10,525 nt of DNA from NCBI GenBank assembly GCA_051294375.1, contig JBJCIZ010000027.1, forward strand, positions 7,945 to 18,469, in the 5' to 3' direction. Shown in pieces: positions 6,386-10,525 of the stretch; position 1 is the first letter of the stretch; each line of letters opens with the position of its first letter. The notes beneath the pieces are model-generated. The model did not search any database. It worked only from the letters and a program-made list of their open reading frames with translations, and was not told where the DNA came from. The DNA comes from Paraspadella gotoi. Lineage: Eukaryota; Animalia; Chaetognatha. Both the position numbers and the translations under genes were made by a program.

Positions 6386-9300
6386 CGCTCAACGACTTAC
6401 TCTATATAAGGGACGCCAAGGACAAAACCAAATGGTTAGTCGACGGAGGGGCGCTCATCTCACTAGTACCACCAACTCCAGAACAGCGTCGAGACGGCCC
6501 AGACCCAGTTACAAAGCTTCAGGCGGCCAACGGCTCGCCGATAGATTGCTTTGGAACAATGAGGAGGACCGTCCAATTAGGCAATCGAAAATTTGAGTAT
6601 GAGTTTGTCGTAGCTGATGTCAAACAGTATATCCTGGGAGCAGATTTTTTAGCTGAAAATTTCTTAGCCCCGAATCACAGAGACGGATTACTATTGGATT
6701 TACGCGACTATTCTGCCATTGCAGCATCAACAACGTCGACAAAGGAAGAAATAACAGCGCATGTCAACTTCGTCGACAGACAAGGCGAGAAGTATTATAA
6801 ACTACTCGACTCTTTTCCTTCCTTGTCAACGCCCACGTTCGAGCTGAAAGAGCCAAAGCATGGAGTGACGCACTCCATCCCCACAGAAGGCAGGCCTTGC
6901 CAGTCAAGGGCCCGTCGATTGGATGCAGAGAAACTAGCGGTCGCTAAGCGCGAACTAGAAAAAATGGTTTCACTGGGCGTGGCTAAACGTGGCAAATCGG
7001 AGTGGTCCTCGCCCCTCCATGTGGTGTCAAAACCAGATGGAGGATGGCGATGTTGCGGGGACTACAGACGATTAAACGCACAAACAGTCGATGATAAATA
7101 TCCCGTTAAGTTGCTGACCGATTTCAACTCTCAGTTGGAAGGGAAAAAGATCTTTTCGAAAATCGACTTATTGAAAGGGTATCACCAGATCCCTGTGAAC
7201 CCTGAAGATGTCAAAAAAACCGCCGTTATTACTCCATTTGGACTCTATGTGTTCCCTCGCTGTCCATTTGGATTAAAAAATGCTGGACAGGACTTTCAGC
7301 GTCTAATGGACGAAATTCTAGGCGATATACCTCACACTTTCGTGTATTTAGACGACATCTTAGTGGCCTCAACGACACCAGAGGAGCATTATCAGGACCT
7401 TGAAAAAGTTTTCAAGGCCCTCGACGAGAACGGTCTAGTCGTCAATACCAAAAAATGTTTGTTGGGTCAATCGTCACTCGAATTCCTCGGTTTCCTCGTC
7501 GACGAAAACGGCGTTAGACCTCTGCCAGAACGCGTTCAAACGCTACGCGAAACCACGAGGCCAACGACCATCAAGGAGCTACAAAGGTTTCTGGGTATGG
7601 TAAACTATTATAGGCGCTTCATACCCAGAGTCGCCCATAGATGCTCAGCCCTGTACGAAGCGCTTAGTGGCAAGCCCAAAACCTTAAACTGGACGCCAGA
7701 ATGTGAACAAGCTTTCCTCGCCATCAAAGAAGGCCTCATACAAGCCGCTCTCCTCCACCATCCCAGAACGGGGGCTCAACTATGCATCACAACGGATGCC
7801 TCGGACTTAGCCGTCGGAGCTGTGTTGGAGCAGAGAGGGCCCAAGGGTTGGGAACCCTTGGCCTTCTTTTCGACTAAGTTGGCAAAAAACCAGAAGCTCT
7901 GGCCGCCATTCGACAAAGAACTGTTTGGTGCGTTCAAAGCAGTCCGCCATTTCCGCCACTGGGTCGAAGGACGGCCTTTCACTTTATATACAGACCATCA
8001 GAGTCTTGTATCAGCGATTAAAAAGAAATCTGAGCCACAAACGATGAGACAGTCTTACCAGCTGTCAGTAATCGCTGAATTTACGACCGACGTCAGATAT
8101 CTGAAGGGAAAAGCCAACGTTGTGGCGGACGCCCTCTCGCGGCCTAACGCTACGCCACCAACGTCACTAGTAGCGTCAGAGCCGGCGTCCTCGCCAACTA
8201 CAACGACAACAACTCCCCCAACGATAGCGTCGACGTCAATAGCGACATCGACAACAACCGAGCCAGATTCATCGCTCTCAACAACGGCGTCAACTTCAAC
8301 AGCAGCATTGTCGACACGCCCACCTCCTCCAGAGACGGAGACAGCGCCCAAGCAAAGTCCGGAGAAAAAGCAAATCAAAGCGAATCGCCTCGAAGATGCG
8401 AAAGCAATGATTAATTCATTGACCAGCTTCGACATAGACTTCGAGCAAATGGCAAGGGAGCAGGTGCTCGACCCGGACTACCAGCGAATAGCAAATGAAG
8501 CAAGATCGGGATTGACCTTTCGAAAGATAAGGATCGGAGACCAAGACTTACTAGCGGATATATCAAATGGACCCGCTAGACCGTTCGTCCCAGCAGCATG
8601 GCGTCAAAGAGTCTTCAACGTGATCCATGGTCTAGGTCACCCGGGAGTCGACGCTACGAGGAAAGCAGTCGCAGCGAAATTCGTGTGGAACAACATGAGA
8701 CAAGACGTCTCAAAATGGGCTAGAGACTGTCTCGACTGTCAGAGGGCGAAAACAACTCGACACGTTATACCAGAAATTGGAGAGTTTAAAATTCCACAGA
8801 AGAGATTCCAGCATCTCAACCTCGACCTTGTAAAAATGCCCAGGTCCAACGGATACTCTCATCTGCTCACAGTGGTCGACAGGTTTTCAAGATGGCCGAC
8901 GGCCATCCCCCTCAGTGACACTCTCACATCAACGATTCTAGACGCGTTAAGCTTAGAATGGATAAGCGTGTTTGGAACTCCAACAACGATAACAACAGAC
9001 AGAGGCACTCAATTCAATTCGGCCCTCTGGAGACAACTGCTCAAACAATGGGGAATAAAACATCAGACCACAACGGCCTATCATCCACAGGCCAATGGCC
9101 TTGTGGAACGCTTTCATCGACGACTCAAGGAATCGTTGATCTCCCTCGCCAACGAAAACAGAGCCGATTGGTTTTGGAAGCTACCGATGACACTCTTAGC
9201 GATAAGAACAACTATTAAAGAGGACATCGGCGCTTCCGCCGCCGACATGGTGTTTGGAGAAGGCGTCACCATCCCAGGATGCATAGTAGACAGCGCTCAA

Positions 9301-10131
9301 CCCGACGACGACTCACTTCGAAATCATCGTCGAAGACAATTAGCAAAACTCAGAGTCGAAGTGGCCCGCCTACAGCCTACTCCCACGTCAGCGCATCGCC
9401 AACCTCCAGTGCACATCCCGACCAATCTCGCAACAGCTCAGTATGTATTCGTTAAGAGAGCAGGAGTCAACCCGCCACTAGTACCTCCGTATGAGGGACC
9501 ATATAGAGTGGTTAATCGAAATAATTTAAATCTCACAATTGAAATCCCAAGCAAAGGTCGAGAAACAATCAACATCGCGCGCGTCAAGCCGGCCTGGGTC
9601 AGCGACGAGACACTCGACGTCGACCTCGGACATCCTCAGCGGCGCCCAGCAGGTCGACGACCCGGCCCACGAACAAGGACGCCACCAGCAACGACGCGGA
9701 CGACAAGATCGAACGCTCAACGTGCCTCATCGCCAGAACGAGCGGTTTCTCCTCCTCCTCCTCCTCCTCCTCCTCCTCCTACTCCTCCTCCCCCTCCTCC
9801 TCCTTCTCTCCAACACCCTCACCCTCTCCCCAACTCACCCTCCCCTCCTTTACGTTTTTTCCTCCCTCCTTCTCATTCTCCTCAGCTTCCACGCGAGACG
9901 AGTCCAGCGAAAAAGGGAGAAGAGGAAAACAACAACAACAACAACGAAAATTCAAAAGAAGAGCGATCGATGCAAAGATTCTCGAAGCCGACGCCAGGCG
10001 ACTTCTCAAACAGACCAAGTCGACCCACTTATGCAATCGTTCTAAAGGAGATGCTCCAAAGACAAAACGAAATAAACAATAACAACAACAACAAAAAACA
10101 AATAGCAAAATCCCCCTTGCTGTCGACCTAA
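6328..10131 (+). CDS. pol: Pol polyprotein of element B (protease, RT, RNase H, integrase), probably expressed by -1 frameshift; contains ORF 6349..10131
   Basis: LVDGGA (6442-6453 = DGGA), ILGADFL, DYRRLN, YLDD (7345-7356), TDAS/TDH/ADALSR, HGLGH..CLDC, HLNLD/TTDRG/NGLVER, PYEGPY. Confidence 0.95.
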   Translation, partial: WQRGATSVNAVPQTSNKSPTLNDLLYIRDAKDKTKWLVDGGALISLVPPTPEQRRDGPDPVTKLQAANGSPIDCFGTMRRTVQLGNRKFEYEFVVADVKQYILGADFLAENFLAPNHRDGLLLDLRDYSAIAASTTSTKEEITAHVNFVDRQGEKYYKLLDSFPSLSTPTFELKEPKHGVTHSIPTEGRPCQSRARRLDAEKLAVAKRELEKMVSLGVAKRGKSEWSSPLHVVSKPDGGWRCCGDYRRLNAQTVDDKYPVKLLTDFNSQLEGKKIFSKIDLLKGYHQIPVNPEDVKKTAVITPFGLYVFPRCPFGLKNAGQDFQRLMDEILGDIPHTFVYLDDILVASTTPEEHYQDLEKVFKALDENGLVVNTKKCLLGQSSLEFLGFLVDENGVRPLPERVQTLRETTRPTTIKELQRFLGMVNYYRRFIPRVAHRCSALYEALSGKPKTLNWTPECEQAFLAIKEGLIQAALLHHPRTGAQLCITTDASDLAVGAVLEQRGPKGWEPLAFFSTKLAKNQKLWPPFDKELFGAFKAVRHFRHWVEGRPFTLYTDHQSLVSAIKKKSEPQTMRQSYQLSVIAEFTTDVRYLKGKANVVADALSRPNATPPTSLVASEPASSPTTTTTTPPTIASTSIATSTTTEPDSSLSTTASTSTAALSTRPPPPETETAPKQSPEKKQIKANRLEDAKAMINSLTSFDIDFEQMAREQVLDPDYQRIANEARSGLTFRKIRIGDQDLLADISNGPARPFVPAAWRQRVFNVIHGLGHPGVDATRKAVAAKFVWNNMRQDVSKWARDCLDCQRAKTTRHVIPEIGEFKIPQKRFQHLNLDLVKMPRSNGYSHLLTVVDRFSRWPTAIPLSDTLTSTILDALSLEWISVFGTPTTITTDRGTQFNSALWRQLLKQWGIKHQTTTAYHPQANGLVERFHRRLKESLISLANENRADWFWKLPMTLLAIRTTIKEDIGASAADMVFGEGVTIPGCIVDSAQPDDDSLRNHRRRQLAKLRVEVARLQPTPTSAHRQPPVHIPTNLATAQYVFVKRAGVNPPLVPPYEGPYRVVNRNNLNLTIEIPSKGRETINIARVKPAWVSDETLDVDLGHPQRRPAGRRPGPRTRTPPATTRTTRSNAQRASSPERAVSPPPPPPPPPPTPPPPPPPSLQHPHPLPNSPSPPLRFFLPPSHSPQLPRETSPAKKGEEENNNNNNENSKEERSMQRFSKPTPGDFSNRPSRPTYAIVLKEMLQRQNEINNNNNNKKQIAKSPLLST
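9751..9803 (+). repeat. (CCT)n microsatellite encoding poly-proline in the integrase tail
   Basis: (CCT)10 at 9751-9780 followed by an interrupted continuation. Confidence 0.95.
9928..9945 (+). repeat. (AAC)6 microsatellite encoding poly-Asn; a second interrupted tract lies at 10075-10092
   Basis: Read directly from the sequence. Confidence 0.9.
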
Positions 10132-10210
10132 TCGACAGTCGGAGCATCTTCTCCCGGCGTCCTCGGGCTTCCTCCCGTCTCCATCGCTCCGACTGCCGAT
10201 GTTACAGTGA

Positions 10211-10335
10211 TTATTGTAATTATTTTGTAAAGTTTCGACTATTTTAGTATTTTGGAAAATTCGTTTTCAAATTTTGTATTTTTCGATTTTGGAAATTTTT
10301 GTAATTTTGGAATTTTAGATTTCAGAAATATTTTA
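10211..10335 (+). repeat. Degenerate T-tract tandem array in the 3' UTR of element B
   Basis: About a dozen 7-10 nt units such as ATTTTGTAA, ATTTTAGT, ATTTTGGAA, ATTTTTCG, ATTTTGGA. Confidence 0.65.
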
Positions 10336-10476
10336 TGCATGTTAAACCGATCTTCAAACCCGTTTATATATTCGTATATAGTTATTATTTTAGTAAATTA
10401 TCATCATACTGTTCAAACACTCGAGATAGACGACAACGATATTTATGTTTGTAATTTTATTAACACTTATTACAAC

Positions 10477-10485
10477 AGGGGGGCA
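10477..10485 (+). promoter_or_regulatory. Polypurine tract of element B
   Basis: AGGGGGG(CA) immediately before TGTGGC. Confidence 0.85.
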
Positions 10486-10525
10486 TGTGGCTACTCGAGA
10501 GAATTAAATCAATTAGGAAATAATT
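10486..10525 (+). repeat. Start (U3) of the 3' LTR of element B, truncated by the window edge
   Basis: Begins TGTGGC after the PPT, the inverse of the 5' LTR end GCCACA. Confidence 0.8.

Larger units (their letters stand above)
5053..10525 (+). mobile_element. Ty3/Gypsy LTR retrotransposon B (CsRn1-like lineage); complete internal region, both LTRs partial
   Basis: LTR end GCCACA, PBS, gag, pol, PPT and LTR start TGTGGC, the exact inverse of GCCACA. Confidence 0.95.

Noticed and set aside
5257-8435. Antisense ORFs over element B (e.g. 5257-5727, 8055-8435), some resembling antisense ORFs of A
   Set aside because: The similarity follows from conservation of the sense-strand gag/pol codons; no independent evidence.
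9539-10147. ORFs with poly-Leu (9539-10045) or poly-Cys (9779-10147) as an env-like or membrane protein
   Set aside because: These are the CCT and AAC microsatellites read in other frames; no env features and no equivalent in A.
10211-10335. CRISPR-like array
   Set aside because: Units are short and degenerate with no unique spacers, and no cas genes are present.
1-10525. One large inverted-repeat element, DIRS-type element, or prokaryotic RT system (retron, DGR, group II intron)
   Set aside because: The halves are diverged families with different LTRs; each has a DDE integrase and Gypsy-type RT, with no tyrosine recombinase or prokaryotic RT context.

Overview
Eukaryotic DNA containing two related but clearly distinct, apparently intact Ty3/Gypsy LTR retrotransposons arranged head-to-head on either side of a 10-N gap (5043-5052). 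Element A is on the minus strand (1-5042) and element B on the plus strand (5053-10525). Each has gag with a C-x2-H-x9-C-x3-C (CHCC) knuckle, typical of the CsRn1/Kabuki/Boudicca lineage, and a pol in the -1 frame (protease-RT-RNase H-integrase with GPY motif, no chromodomain, no env). Both have a G-run PPT followed by a TGTGG LTR start; B also keeps its 5' LTR end (GCCACA) and a PBS. Comparing the two diverged copies shows conserved signals: a G GGA AAY slippery site plus an H-type pseudoknot with the gag stop in its loop; a non-canonical DGG protease active site; a weak/strong AUG pair predicting two Gag isoforms; a CATCGATG palindrome at the gag start; recurring VNxV cleavage-like motifs; and two short motifs in the integrase tail. 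Whether the two elements are really adjacent in the genome cannot be determined across the gap.
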